A stretch of 64,000 nt of DNA. Source: Carcharhinus amblyrhynchos (Eukaryota). Below the pieces are notes generated by a model. It was not told the origin of the DNA. It was given only the letters and a program-made list of their open reading frames with translations, and searched no databases. Both the position numbers and the translations under genes were made by a program. Shown here in pieces: positions 26,320 through 38,300 of this stretch. Location of the stretch: contig OZ336878.1 in assembly GCA_965287045.1 (NCBI GenBank), positions 15,128,001 to 15,192,000 on the forward strand, read 5' to 3'. Numbering within the stretch: the first letter of the stretch is position 1; the number at the start of each line of letters is the position of its first letter.

Positions 26320-26520
26320 CTTTATTTATTTTTTGGCACAAGGGAAGTGCGCGGATGAGCGGCGGGCCGGGTTTTATTGTCAGCGCTCGTCCTCCATCCA
26401 TCCAGCCACCGCCGCCATTTTGCTCGCTATTGTGCCCGGAGATGGTTGAAGGCGGGAGGGAGTGAGTGAGGGGGTGGGAGGAGAGAGTGAGTGAAAGAGG
26501 AAGGGGGGGAGTGAGTGATA
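26320..26520 (-). other. Candidate non-coding first exon with uORF MAAVAGWMEDER* (26418-26380); 5' end approximate
   Basis: AAAATGGCGGCGG on the minus strand and donor AAG|GTACGT at 26320/26319. Confidence 0.55.
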
Positions 26521-26699
26521 CAGAGGAGAGAGAGAGAGAGAAAGATGGTGGTGGTGGTGTGGAAAGAATGGGCAGCGAGGGGCCGGCCGTCGGGATGCCC
26601 TCCTCTCCGGCACCGGCCGGGCTGGGTGGTTGATTGGAAAGTGGGGTCCGGGGAGGGGGGGGGCGCCGGTTTCCTGTCACAAATGCGGGAGGCGGAATC

Positions 26700-26851
26700 C
26701 TTTGTCCCCCGCCAAGTGCGTGCTTTCCAAACACCCCCCCCCCCTCCGGCCGCCAGTGGAAGCGCCCTCCCTCGCGGACGCCTTCTCTCGGCCGTTTGTT
26801 TTTAAAGTGGCAGCTGGGGAAGCATGGAAATGGTGGCGGCTTCCTGACCAG
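26700..26851 (+). other. Candidate first exon of a divergent plus-strand transcript; 5' end approximate
   Basis: Donor CAG|GTGAGA at 26851/26852 inside the CpG island. Confidence 0.35.
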
Positions 26852-27949
26852 GTGAGAGAGAGAGAGAGTAGAGAGAACAGAATCCTCTGGCTTTCCACTG
26901 GTGCACACCCACGTTTATACACACACACACACACAATACCCCTGGGGGCTTGGGCTTTTTCTGTCCAAAGGAAAATGGCAATAAACACTACCAAATCAGG
27001 TGTCAAAATGGAAGGCAACTCGACGCTGCGAGGAAAATAATGTGTGGTGGCCAACTGGGCCAGTTCCCCATGGGACGCTGAGGGGAACCAGGCCTTCAGG
27101 AGAAGAGGCCACATCAAATTTTAAGCTCATACATAATAAACATCCAGCTCTGGCATGACCCGCGTTCTTTTAAACAAATCAATCTGACATCATTACACAT
27201 GGGAAGGTCGTTGCTTTTCTGCTGCCAGTGGTGTGCACATTTTGTATAGAAGCGGTGACAAAGAGCACCTTAATTAATATGCAGGGAACTATTTACTGCT
27301 GACTCAATGACTTCTGTCTTTGTAGCTGCTGGACAGGACATCTTCAAGAATTGTCAGCTGCCCATCTACAATTTAGGGAAGGTTTCTCTCAAAATTCCAT
27401 AACTTCTCCATTCTCATGGCAACTCTATCTCAAACACAATTCGTATTGATCGGTTCAGCATCTTTCATTAATTTTTTTATGGGTTATTTTTAAGCCTTGC
27501 CTTGGTTATTGTGTTTTTACAGAACATATCCCATTAAAGGATGATACTGTTGTCCTTTTTTTTAAGAAAATGGATGAATTGCTTCCATGCTTAGCATTTT
27601 ACATAATGGAAGCAGCAAATGACTTCATAGACGTTGACCATGTTTCAGCAGTGAGGATCAGCACTGTTATTTTAAATGGAAATTTCTAGAACTAAAATAA
27701 TTCAAACATATCTCCAAATCATCACTAAAATCAGCTAAAAGGTAAATGGAAAAGAAGATTGTGGTCAACTGTGGTGGTAATGGGAAAAGTTTTTCCAGTA
27801 TGAAGAGTCTATCATATTGTTACATTGAAAGAAACTGAGGACAGGTTACAAAGGCATCTTGGGATGATAGAAGTATTAAATTAGTACCTTTCATCAGTCT
27901 TCATCTTGAAGATGTTGCTCAATCAGCAGAATTTAATGATGTTAACAAT

Positions 27950-28770
27950 AAAAAATAGTATTGTTTTAGAGTTAGGAACCTTAAATTTTGTTGGGTAGCT
28001 AATCAAAATGATCTCCATCCAACAGTTCTCAAGGAAATGGAAAAGGTGCTGTGTGAGCCACTTGCTAGAGGAACAGGTTTTTTCTTCCAGCCTCTAGTAT
28101 TCCCCAAATCATCCCCCCACCCCAAGACTGGAAGAAGGCTAACATGGTTCCCATCTTTAATAAGGGAGAATAAGATATTTCTGGGTATCTACAGGTCATT
28201 AGTCTGACATCAGTAATAAGGAAGATGCTTGAGGGATGATTAGGCATAACTTCAGAAGAGGAGGTGCTGTCTTAATAATTTGATTGTATTTTTTGAAGAA
28301 GTTGTTAAGATAGCGAATGAGGTAAACATCAAGCTTTGGAGAAGGTAATTTATAAGAAGCTTCTCAAAATGGTTGATGCTTTGGGTTGAGTGGCAATCCA
28401 CTGCCCTCTGAGTTGAAAACCAGCTGAAAGCCATTGGCAAAAAGTGGTTATAGATTTATTGGGATCTGGCTGGAGACCTGTCACCAATCACAGAAATCAG
28501 TATTAGGACAATTGCTATTTACTATTTTTATTAATGATCCAGACGTAGTTATGGTGGGATGATCTGCAGATTTGCAGATGATAAATCCGTACATACAAAA
28601 GTAGAAAATTTAGATGCTGCTTGACTTTGAAATGTTGCTTGATTTTGAAAAGTGCAGTGTTATGCCCGTGAGCAGAGTAGATGCTAAATGTGCAAAAAAG
28701 CTTTCAGGGAAAAGGAGTAAAGCAAGCAGAGAAAAAGATCTGGCCATTCTGTTACAAATTAAGTGCATGG
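27950..28770 (+). mobile_element. Old degenerate CR1 RT fragment
   Basis: Decayed DWKKANMVPIF and FADD motifs. Confidence 0.65.
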
Positions 28771-28774
28771 ATTT

Positions 28775-29110
28775 TAGAATTCCTATTGTGTAGAAGGTCA
28801 TTCAGCCCATTGAGTCTGCACTTAATCTCTAACAGTGTTTTATCCAGCTCCTATCCCCTGCCCTATCCCTGTAACCCTGCACATTCACCATGGCTAATCC
28901 ATCTAATCTACACACCTTGGAACACCAAGGGACAATTTAGCATGGCCAATCCAGTGGACAGTGGGAGGAAACCCAAGCACCTGGAATAAACCCCACACAG
29001 ACATGGGAAGGAAGTAGAAATTCCACATAGACAGTTATCCAAGGCTGGAATTGTACTTGGACCCTGGTGCTGTGAGACAGCAGTGCTAACCACTGTGCCA
29101 CCATGGCACC
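28775..29110 (-). mobile_element. HE1 SINE
   Basis: V-SINE core and head. Confidence 0.88.
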
Positions 29111-29187
29111 CTTTCCTGAGGTTGATGACAAATGCTATCTTTTATAGCTAGAGTTTAGGGAGTACGTTTACAGCACAACAGGGTATG

Positions 29188-29575
29188 GTGACAATAATGA
29201 TTATGCTACCAGATTAGTAATCCAGACTAATGATCTGGAGACATGAGTTCAAATCACACCATGATGGCTGGGGAATCTAAATTCAGTTAATTAATTAAAT
29301 CTGGGGGGAAAACCTGGTATTAGTAATAGTGACTATGAAACTCTGGGATTGTTGTAAAAATCTCATCTGGTTCTCCAATATCCATTGGAGAAGAAAATCT
29401 GTTCTCCTATTTACTCTGGCCTGTATATGACTCCAGACCCAGATGTGTTGACCCTTAACGGTCCTCTGAAATTGCTTAGCAACGTACTCAGTTGTATCTT
29501 AAAGGCAATTAGGGATGGACAATAACTGCTTATCTTGCTAGTGATGCCAACATCCTGTGAATGAATTTTTAAAAA
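29188..29575 (+). mobile_element. tRNA-headed SINE sharing its 3' end with the CR1-clade LINE at 48450-51710
   Basis: B-box GAGTTCAAATC. Tail GGCAATTAGGGATGGACAATAA...CATCCTGTGAATGAAT resembles 51639-51708 and 7395-7467. Confidence 0.65.
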
Positions 29576-29974
29576 TACAAGATTTAAAAGCCGATTATTT
29601 TGTCCATGTAAATGACCTTAGGCTTCAGCTAGAATGCTGTGATTACTTTTCTCTTCGTATGGTGGAAGATATTGAGGCTTTGGAAATGGTGTATTGTGGT
29701 TAAATAGGCCTTTTACTTTCATGATAAATTGTAGTAAATACATTAAAGTACACAAAGGCAGTAAGCACTTTAAAGTAAAACAACAGTTCCCAGATTGAAG
29801 CCAGGAATTTGACAACATAGCCTTTCTCTGGGCAGAGGTAAACTTAAAGCAAAAAGAGGACATCAACTTTCAGGTTGCAGTAAAATTGATAGTGGAAGTA
29901 GCTCTTTGGATTGTAGAAGGTTGAGAGAAGGAAGATGTTGCTGCCTATCAGAGCTAGTAACTGAAACAGATTTG

Positions 29975-30290
29975 GAATGGAGGCACAGTGGTCAGCACTG
30001 TTGCCTTACAGCACCAGGGACCTGGGGTTCCAATTCCCAGCCTGGGTCACTGCCTGTGTGGAGTTTTGCACATTCTCCCCATGTCTGTGTGGGTTTCTTC
30101 CAGGTATTCCAGTTTCCTCCCACAGTCCACAGATGTGTAGGTTAGGTGGATTGGCCATGCTAAATTGCCCTTACTATCAGGGGACTAGCTAGGCTAAATG
30201 CATGAAGTTATGGGATAGGGCCTGGCTGGGATTGTGGTCGGTGCAGACTCGATGGGCTGTGTGGCCTCCTTCTGCACTGTATGATTCTAC
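29975..30290 (+). mobile_element. HE1 SINE
   Basis: Full head, core and tail. Confidence 0.9.
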
Positions 30291-30644
30291 TACAATGAGA
30301 GTGGAGTGGAAAGAGGCAGTGGGAGAAATGAAAAAATGGTGGATGCTGGAGCTGTAAAATGACACAAAAAGTTGGTGGGGGTGAAAATTACAAGATCAAA
30401 CAGCATCAGTGGAGAGAGAAGCAATTAACATTTCAGATCAATTACTTTTTGTGTTGTTTTGGCAGTTATGGTGTCGTCAATAGATTTCAGGCTTTGTTAA
30501 GAACAAAAGATATTTATTGATAAGAGAACTTTATGCAGCACAAAGGCTGCCCTGGGTCAGAGCCCAATTCTACATGCATACTACACAGTTCAGAGTAAAA
30601 TGCCTGCAGGAGGGACACTTTTCATCAGAAGTTAGGAAGGTAAC

Positions 30645-31580
30645 AGGTTTTAGAGCCATAGAGGTATGCAGTGCAGAAAAGGCCTTTTGGCCCACTTGCC
30701 TGGCTTTGTTACCTAAAATTAAGTTCACGCTGCCCCCTGTCTCATAGTACCTTCTACATTCTAGATTAAAAAGTTATCCTGGGGCACTTTTTAAGATTTC
30801 CGCTCCCTCTAAACTTTTTACATTATGGTTACTCCAGTTAATGTGGGAATGTTGAAATCCCCTAAAATCACTACCCTATTACTTTTACATTTCTCTGAAA
30901 TTCGCCAACATATCTGCTCTTCTATTTCTCTCGGACTGTTAGGGGGCCTATAGGACCATCCCAGCAATGTGATTGTTCCTTTTTGGTTTTTACATTCTAC
31001 CCATATGGTTTCATTTGAAGAGCCTTCTAAGATGTCATCCCTCCTTACTGCTGTAAGTGATTCCCTGATTAAAACAGTGCCAATGTTCCAGAAATCTACA
31101 GTCCTGCGTCCTGCACCATCTCTCCAGCCATGCACTCATTTGAACTAATCTCATATTTCTATACTCACTGTGGCACCAGAAGTAATCCAGAGATTACTAC
31201 CTTCTGGGTCCTGTTTTTTAATCTACTTCCTAACTTCCTAAATTCTGCTGGCAGGACCTCATTCTTTTTGTACCTATATCATTGATGCTTATCTGTGCCA
31301 CAATATCTTATCTGTTTGCCTTCTCCCTTTAGAATGTCCTGCAGCCATTCAGTGACATCCCTGACCCTGACACCAGGGAGGCAAAATACCATCCTGTAGT
31401 GTCTTTCGCAGCCCCAGAGATGCCTGTCTTTTCCCGTAACAATTGAGTCCCCTACCACTATAGCCGTCTTGTGCAGTAGACCCACCATGGTACCATGAAC
31501 TAGCCTGCCACTGCTTTCCCTTGCTCAATCATCTCCCGCAACAGTATCCAAAACAATATATTTTGAATAGGTACACAAGC
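30645..31580 (-). mobile_element. Internally deleted CR1: ORF1 esterase, ORF2 APE endonuclease and 3' tail
   Basis: IVVGDSIV...CLPGVRVRDV (SGNH esterase), YRPPNS...VILGDFN (APE), and a tail-like sequence at 30645-30700. Confidence 0.8.
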
Positions 31581-31599
31581 GGAAAAAGGACAGTGAAGA

Positions 31600-32345
31600 C
31601 AAGAACACAGGGGATGCCTGTGATAGGATGGAAAGCAGAACTGATTAAGTATCAAAAGGAAGGATGGTGGAAGGCAAAAGAGGCAGTAATCGGACAGGTA
31701 AAAAAAAAGGTGGTTCAAGAGCAGCTGTAAATAACAATAGAAGAATCATTATCTGCCATTTGAAAAGTGGTTATAACCTGAAGTTATTGAAATCAAAGTT
31801 AAGTATGGAACATTGTAAAATACCTAACTGAAAGACATTACAATGTTCCTGAAGCTTCCATTGAGCTGCTTTAGAACAGTGTATGGAGCCAAGGACAGAG
31901 AGGATATGGAGCGGAGGATTAGTATGAGCTGGACTGAAAGCTCAGGATCAGGCATGCAGACTGACTGGAGGTGTTCAGCATCATCCAATCTGCATTTGGT
32001 CTCACCAGTTTACAGGAGACACCATTGTGAACAGCAACTACAGTAAACTTAATTGAAAGAAATCTCACAGCATCAGGATAAAGTCCAACAGGTTTATCTG
32101 GAATCACAAGCTTTTGGAGCACTGTTCCTTCATCAGATGAGTCACCTGATGAAGGAGCAGCATTCCGAAAGCTCATGATTCCGAACAAACCTGTTGGATT
32201 TTAACCTGGTGTTGTGAGACTTCTTACTGCGCCAACTCCAGTCCAATGTCAGCATCTACATATCTTAATTGAAAGAAGTATATTCAATCACAGTTTCACC
32301 TGGAAGAAGTGTCTGGGCTCCTGAATGGTAGGAGGGGAGGGAGTG
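31600..32345 (-). mobile_element. Penelope-like GIY-YIG endonuclease relic
   Basis: The reverse complement of ~31990-32050 reads VYCSCCSQWCLL*TGETKCRL, a decayed LLYIGET motif. Confidence 0.7.
32062..32263 (+). mobile_element. Palindromic Penelope-derived mini-element with two hammerhead-like motifs and a 14-bp TSD
   Basis: CTTAATTGAAAGAA is duplicated at 32048-32061 and 32264-32277. Arms are inverted about 32141. TCAC-CTGATGA-AGGAGCAGCATTCC-GAAA-GCTC at 32142-32174. Confidence 0.85.
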
Positions 32346-32462
32346 AAAGAGAACATTAGAACAGAAGTAAGCTATTCAATGCCTGGAACCTGTTTTGTTA
32401 TTCAGTGAAATCAAGGCTGATCAATGACAACTTCATTCACCCAATTTTGCTACATCCTCCTG

Positions 32463-33395
32463 AGAACATAACATAAGAACTAGGAGCAGGAGTAGGCCAT
32501 CTGGCCCCTTGAGCCTGCTCCGCCATTCAATAAGGTCATGGCTGATCTTTTCGTGGACTCAGCTCCACTTACCTGCCTGCTCACATAACCATTAATTCTT
32601 TTACTGTTCAAAAATGTATCTATCCTTGCCTTAAAAACATTCAATGAGGTAGCCTCAACTGCTTGAATTCCACAGATTCACAACCCTCTGTGTGAAGAAA
32701 TTCTTCCTCAATTCAGCCCTAAATCTGCTCCCTCTTATTTTGAGGCCATGCCCCCTACTTCTAGTTCCACCCACCAGTGGAAACAACTTCCCTGCTTCTA
32801 ATCTATTCCCTTCATAATCTTATATGTTTCGAAGAAAAGATCTCCCCTCATTCTTCTGAATTCCAATGAATATAACCCCAGTCTACTTTGTCTCTCCTCA
32901 TAAGCCAACCCTCTCAACTCCGAAATCAACCTAGTGAATCTCCTCTGCACCCCTCCAGTGCCAGTATATCCTTTCTCGAGTAAGGAGACCAAAACTATAC
33001 TCCAGGTGTGGCCTCACCAGCACCCTATACAGCTGCAACATAACCTCACTGTTTTTAAACATCATCCCTCTAGCAATGAAGGACAACATTCAGTTTGCCT
33101 TCTTAATTGCCTGCTGCACCTGCAAACCAACTCCTTGTGATTCTTGCACAAGGACATCCAGGTCCCTTCACACAGCAGCATGCTGCAGTTTTTTACCATT
33201 TAAATAATAGTCCATTTTGTGTTATTCTTGCCAAAATGGATGACTTCACATTTACCAACATTGTACTCCATCTGCCAGACCCTCGCCCACTCACTTAAAC
33301 TATTTTTATCCCTCTGCAGACTTTCAGCGTCCTCTGCACACTTTGCTCTGCACTCATCTTCAAATTTTGACACACTACACTAGGTCCCCAATTCT
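32463..33395 (-). mobile_element. CR1 3' fragment
   Basis: VQRRFTRLI and LYSLEFRRMRGDL, with an (ACATAAGA) tail. Confidence 0.9.
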
Positions 33396-34499
33396 TGGCT
33401 AGCAAAAGTCAATTGATCTCAGGTTTAAAATTATTACTGGTATTAACATCTTTTTTTTCTGGGAGAGAGATCACATGTTCTATCTTTCGCATGAAGGAGT
33501 GTTTCCTAATTTCTCTCCTGAGTGGACTGGTTCTAATTTGAAGTCCTTGGTACCCCTACCAGCAGAAAGAAAAATCTTCCAATTCTTTCAGTTCCTTTCA
33601 GAACTGTAAACGCCTCAGTCAAATCACTCCTCTATCTTCTTTATTTCGAGGAATACAAGTCTATGATTTACATCAGAAAGACGTGCTGGTTAGGTGTATT
33701 GGCCATGCTAAATTCTCCCTCAGTGTACCCGGCCAGGCGCCGGAGTGTAGCGACTAAGAAATTTTCACTAACTTCATTGCAATGTTAATGTAAGCCTACT
33801 TGTCATACTAATAAATACATTTTAAAAACATAATCTGGCTTCATATTCTAACCCTTGGAGCCCTTATAACATTCTGGTGAATTCGTAGTGCAAATGTTGC
33901 ATCTTAAGTACTGGTACAGAAAGGTGCCAGGGTAAAAGAAGCAAATGTTGGTTGGAAACAGAAGGAACAGTATGCTGAAATATTTGGGGAGGAGAAGATG
34001 TGTTTGGTGGTGGCATCATGTTGGAGAGGACAGTGATGATGGAGACCAATCCGATTCAGGAGACAAATATTCAGTAAAATATTTCAATTGTGGACAAATC
34101 AGTGTTTTATAATGGCTCGTCATAACTTCCATGCTTTTGTACTCTGTGGGCTAGCTTTAACAGTTTTTGGCAGGGTGAGGTAGGCAGAGTGAAATGTGAG
34201 TGGTCAGCCTGCTCCTGCTCCACTGCTTTAGCACAACAAGTCGAACAGATGACCAATTAACAACATGAAGGAGGGCTTTATTGCACCCAATAGAGTGCCT
34301 CAGGCAGGACATCATACGGTAGCGGGGTTGTGTTGTGAGTAGGAAATAGGTCAAATACAAATTTAAAGGGCACCTGCTTTCTCAAACTCTCCCCATTTCT
34401 TATGGCAGGCATAAAACAGTTAATAAATGAAGTGAAAATGACATACAAATGTTACCACCTTCATCAGCAGACTCCAGTGCTAGATGCAGCCATGGTCCA

Positions 34500-37400
34500 A
34501 TTGGAACACCTTTTCTTCCACTGTTCTGCCACCTCTTCTTACCTGGCATACCTGTATGGGCAAATATCCATCATTATCCCAAGCCACTACTCAGACTGCT
34601 AAAGGAGGACAGGCTGGTGTCGCCCATAGCATTCGCTCAAATCCAGCGGTGGACTTTATTACTGGATGCCTACAATTATCGATCAGACCATTGTCCAGGA
34701 GGCTGAGTAGCCAACGCAGATACCTTGAGTTGGCTACCGTTAGCAGACACATCATCAGTGGTACCCCCAATTGAAGAGACAGTGATGACAATGAATATTT
34801 TAGAAACTCTCCCAGTGGCAGTAAATAATATTCAGCTGTGGACCCAAAAGACCCAGTTAGTACTGACCAAAAACAAAAAAGCCATTACAGCCCACATTTT
34901 ACCCATACTAAAGTCGCAGAGAGCAGCTGGAATTTGCATATTCCTGTGGTATTCCAGCGTGGTCATCCTGAGTTAGGGCCACTGTCTCATCCTAGCCAAA
35001 CTTCACCATGGCCACGCAGGAGTGAAAAAAATGAAAGTGCTCGCAAGGAGCTATGGTTCACCATGGTAGGCTTCTGCAGAAAATGCAGATGTATGGGATT
35101 GGGGGTGATCTAGGTAATTGGATCAGGAATTGGCTAGCAGATAGGAGACAGAGGGTGGTGGTTGATGGTAAATATTCGTCATGGAGTTCGGTTACGAGTG
35201 GTGTGCCTCAGGGATCTGTTTTGGGGCCACTGCTGTTTGTAATTTTTATTAATGATCTGGATGAGGGTATAGTTGGGTGGATTAGTAAGTTTGCTGATGA
35301 CACCAAAGTCGGAGGTGTGGTAGATTGTGAGGAAGGGTGTCATAGTTTGCAGGGTGACTTAGAAAGGTTGCAGAGCTGGGCCGCGAGGTGGCGGATGGAG
35401 TTTAATGTGGAGAAGTGTGAGGTAATTCATTTCGGTAGGAATAACAGATGTGTTGAGTATAGGGCTAACGGGAGGACTTTGAATAGTGTGGAGGAGCAGA
35501 GGGATCTAGGTGTATGTGTACATAGATCCCTGAAAGTTGGGAATCAAGTAGATAAGGTTGTTGAGAAGGCATACGGTGTCTTGGCGTTTATTGGTAGGGG
35601 GATTGAATTTAGGAGTCGCAGCGTCATGATGCAACTGTACACAACTCTGGTGCGGCCGCACTTGGAGTATTGTGTGCAGTTCTGGTCCCCACATTACAGG
35701 AAGGATGTAGAGGCTTTGGAGAGGGTGCAGAGGAGGTTTACCAGGATGTTGCCTGGTATGGAGGGGAGATCCTATGAGGAGAGACTGAGAGATTTGGGGT
35801 TGTTTTCGCTGGAAAGAAGGCAGCTAAGAGGGGACCTTATTGAAACATATAAGATGATTAGAGGTTTAGACAGGGTAGATAGTGTTAGCCTTTTTCCTAG
35901 GATGGAGAAAGCTAGCACGAGGGGGCACGACTTTAAATTAAGGGGGGGTAGTTATAGGACTGATGTCAGGGGTAGGTTCTTTACCCAGAGGGTGGTGAGG
36001 GACTGGAATGCCCTGCCAGCTGCAGTTGTAAATGCGCCTCGTTTGGGGGCGTTTAAGAGATCTGTGGATAGGTTTATGGACGAAATGGGATTGGTTTAGA
36101 TTAGTGGGTTAGTGTTGTTTTTTTTTAAAAGCTGGTCGGCGCAACATCGTGGGCCGAAGGGCCTGTTCTGCGCTGTAATGTTCTATGTTCTATGTCTGGT
36201 GACCAGGCATGGATACAGATATAGCTGGACTCGTGGGTAAGTGTCGGCATTGCCAACAAGGGCAGAAGCTATTACCAGCAACTCCTCTGCACCCCTTGGG
36301 AACGGCCAGGAAGGCCGTGGACTTGGCTACACATTGTCTGTGCAGGTCCGTTCATGAGTTTAATGTTCCTAGTAATGATGCCCATTAAAAATGGATGCAC
36401 ATACACAGGGTGAATTCATCAAACACAAGAACAGCAGTGGAGAAACCTCATGCCTCTTTCGTGACACACGGGACCCAGTTGTGCTGGTTTCTAACAATGG
36501 ACCATCCTTTACCAGCCAGGAATTTGCTGATTTTATAAAGTCAACTGGTATTCAGCACATTAGGACAACACCATATCACCCATCATCTAACAGTCTGGCA
36601 GAAAGAACAGTCCAAACATTAAAGGCAAGTTTAAAGAAACAGCCCACAGCCTCCTTGGACATCAAACTGTCCAAATTCCTCTTCGATGACTTGACAACAG
36701 CCCCCCCGCCATGCAACTACTAGAATAGCCCAAGCCCAGTTGCTCATGGGCAGACCGCACCAGATTGAGCCTGATCTTCCCAAACTTGGAGGCAGGGTGC
36801 AAAGGCATCAGGAAGCACAGTGCCGAGCTCAGAACAACTCCAGCTGGGAGAGACTCGTAAAGGTGGGTGATCAAGTGTTATTAAAGAATCATGAAACTGG
36901 CCCTGCCTCATTACAAAGCACATTCGACTCAAGGATAGGACCTACAATGTCCGTGTGGAAGATACTATCCTACAAAAACACCCAGACCATTTAAAAGCTG
37001 TTAAGCCCCAGACCATGCTGGAACAATCTAAACCCAGCATATTGGAAGCCTCGGAAGAAATTCTGGGATCTGCTGGTTCCCACTCTCCATCTCCAGTCAT
37101 TGGAACCTCGGAGTCAGAACTAGACACGGTGGACTTAGTCACATCGACTCTTGCCACCCGATGAAGAAAGTGAACCCATGCTTCGACGCTCGAGACAAAA
37201 GACGCGAGTTCCAGTCCGTTACTACTCACCTACATCTCACTAGAGCTGGAGGATCTGGACCCGGTGTTGAAATGCCGCAAAAGGCTCGCAAAGCAAATGA
37301 CCCACTGAGGTTCCTTGGACCTGGAAGGGGAGGGATTTTAACTTGTTGGAATATGAGCCCCTTGATTGAGACAATTAATGCTGCCTAATCCTGGAGTCCT

Positions 37401-37546
37401 GTAATGGTATATAATGTGGAGTGGCCTGGTTATCAGCACTCAGAGTGTATACTGTGTACTGGGAAGTACCTGTCTAAGAATTACTACCTATTGTAAATAA
37501 ATCTGGATTTAGTGAAGGGACAATGGCCTTGTGGGAGTTATTTCAC
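34500..37546 (+). mobile_element. Ty3/Gypsy relic: RNase H end, integrase and 3' LTR (~37337-37546)
   Basis: IQRWTLLL.AYNY, KMKVLARSYVW.PG, VSNNGPSFTSQEF and TPYHPSSNSLAERTVQTLK. Polypurine tract GGAAGGGGAGGGA at ~37323. LTR has AATAAA and ends in CA. Confidence 0.88.
35056..36194 (+). mobile_element. Young 5'-truncated CR1/HER1 copy with an uninterrupted RT C-terminal ORF, inserted in the Gypsy integrase
   Basis: 348-aa open frame 35053-36099 (GVPQGSVLGP, KFADDTK), CpGs retained, (TTCTATG)n tail, and CTATG at both junctions. Confidence 0.95.
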
Positions 37547-37704
37547 AATGCATCTTATATACACTGCTGCTACTGTTCACTGGTGGTGGAAGGAGTGAAT
37601 ATTTGTGGAAGCTGTGCCAATCAAGTGAGCTGCTTTGTCTTGGATGGTGTCAAGTTTCGTGACGGTTGTTGGAGCTGCACTCATCCAGCTGCCTGTCTCT
37701 CATT

Positions 37705-38300
37705 TCCAGCAAATAGAAGGGATGGCTCTGGATAGCTACATGAGTTCTTGTTATTCCTGTCTTTTTGTGGGGTATGTGGAACATTCCTTGTTTCAGTTCA
37801 ATTCAAACCTCCTCCCACAATTCTTTTTCAGGTACATTAATGAATGTATCAGTGCCACATCATATGTTATCTGGACCTGGAAAAATTTATCAATTTTCCT
37901 TCCAATTTCCACTCTGTCTCACCTTCACATAGTCCATCTCCAACACTTCCCTTCCCTTCCTCAACCTCTCTGTTTCCATTTTTGATGATAGACTGTTTAC
38001 CAATATTCATTACAAATCCACTGACTCTCAGCTACCTTGACTACAGTTCCTCCCACCCCACTTTCTGTAAGAACTTCATCCTATTCTCCCAGTTTCTCCA
38101 CCTCCGTTGTATCTGTTCCAAAGATGCTACCTCACAAAATGGCACTCCTTTTTCCAGAACCAAGCGCCCCGCACCCTCCCCACTGTGATTGACAACTTCA
38201 CTGCTCATCTGTTCCAACCCATCTCCTGCACTCCTGCCCTCACCCCTTTCCCTCTCTCCCTATGATGGAGGCTCCCTTGTGCTCACTTTTCACCCCAGCA
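37705..38300 (+). mobile_element. Penelope-like RT relic
   Basis: QIEGMA, CLFVGYVEHSLF, FFRYINEC (YIDD site), YLDYSSSHP and SQFLHLRCICS. Confidence 0.85.

Larger units (their letters stand above)
26040..27170. promoter_or_regulatory. CpG-island promoter, probably bidirectional
   Basis: The only CpG-rich block without recognisable TEs. YY1 motif CCGCCATTTT at 26412-26421, ETS-like TTCCTG/GGAAG sites, GC boxes and (GA)n tracts. Confidence 0.85.

Noticed and set aside
25812-27117. Many overlapping 90-220 aa ORFs
   Set aside because: Low-complexity G/P/R-rich frames on both strands are expected in a GC-rich island, and there is no recognisable domain.
29975-30050. tRNA-like A/B boxes here and at many other sites
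   Set aside because: These are SINE heads, with no complete cloverleaf.
35053-36099. 348-aa ORF as a host or domesticated gene
   Set aside because: It is a 5'-truncated CR1 RT. The ATG comes from the insertion junction.
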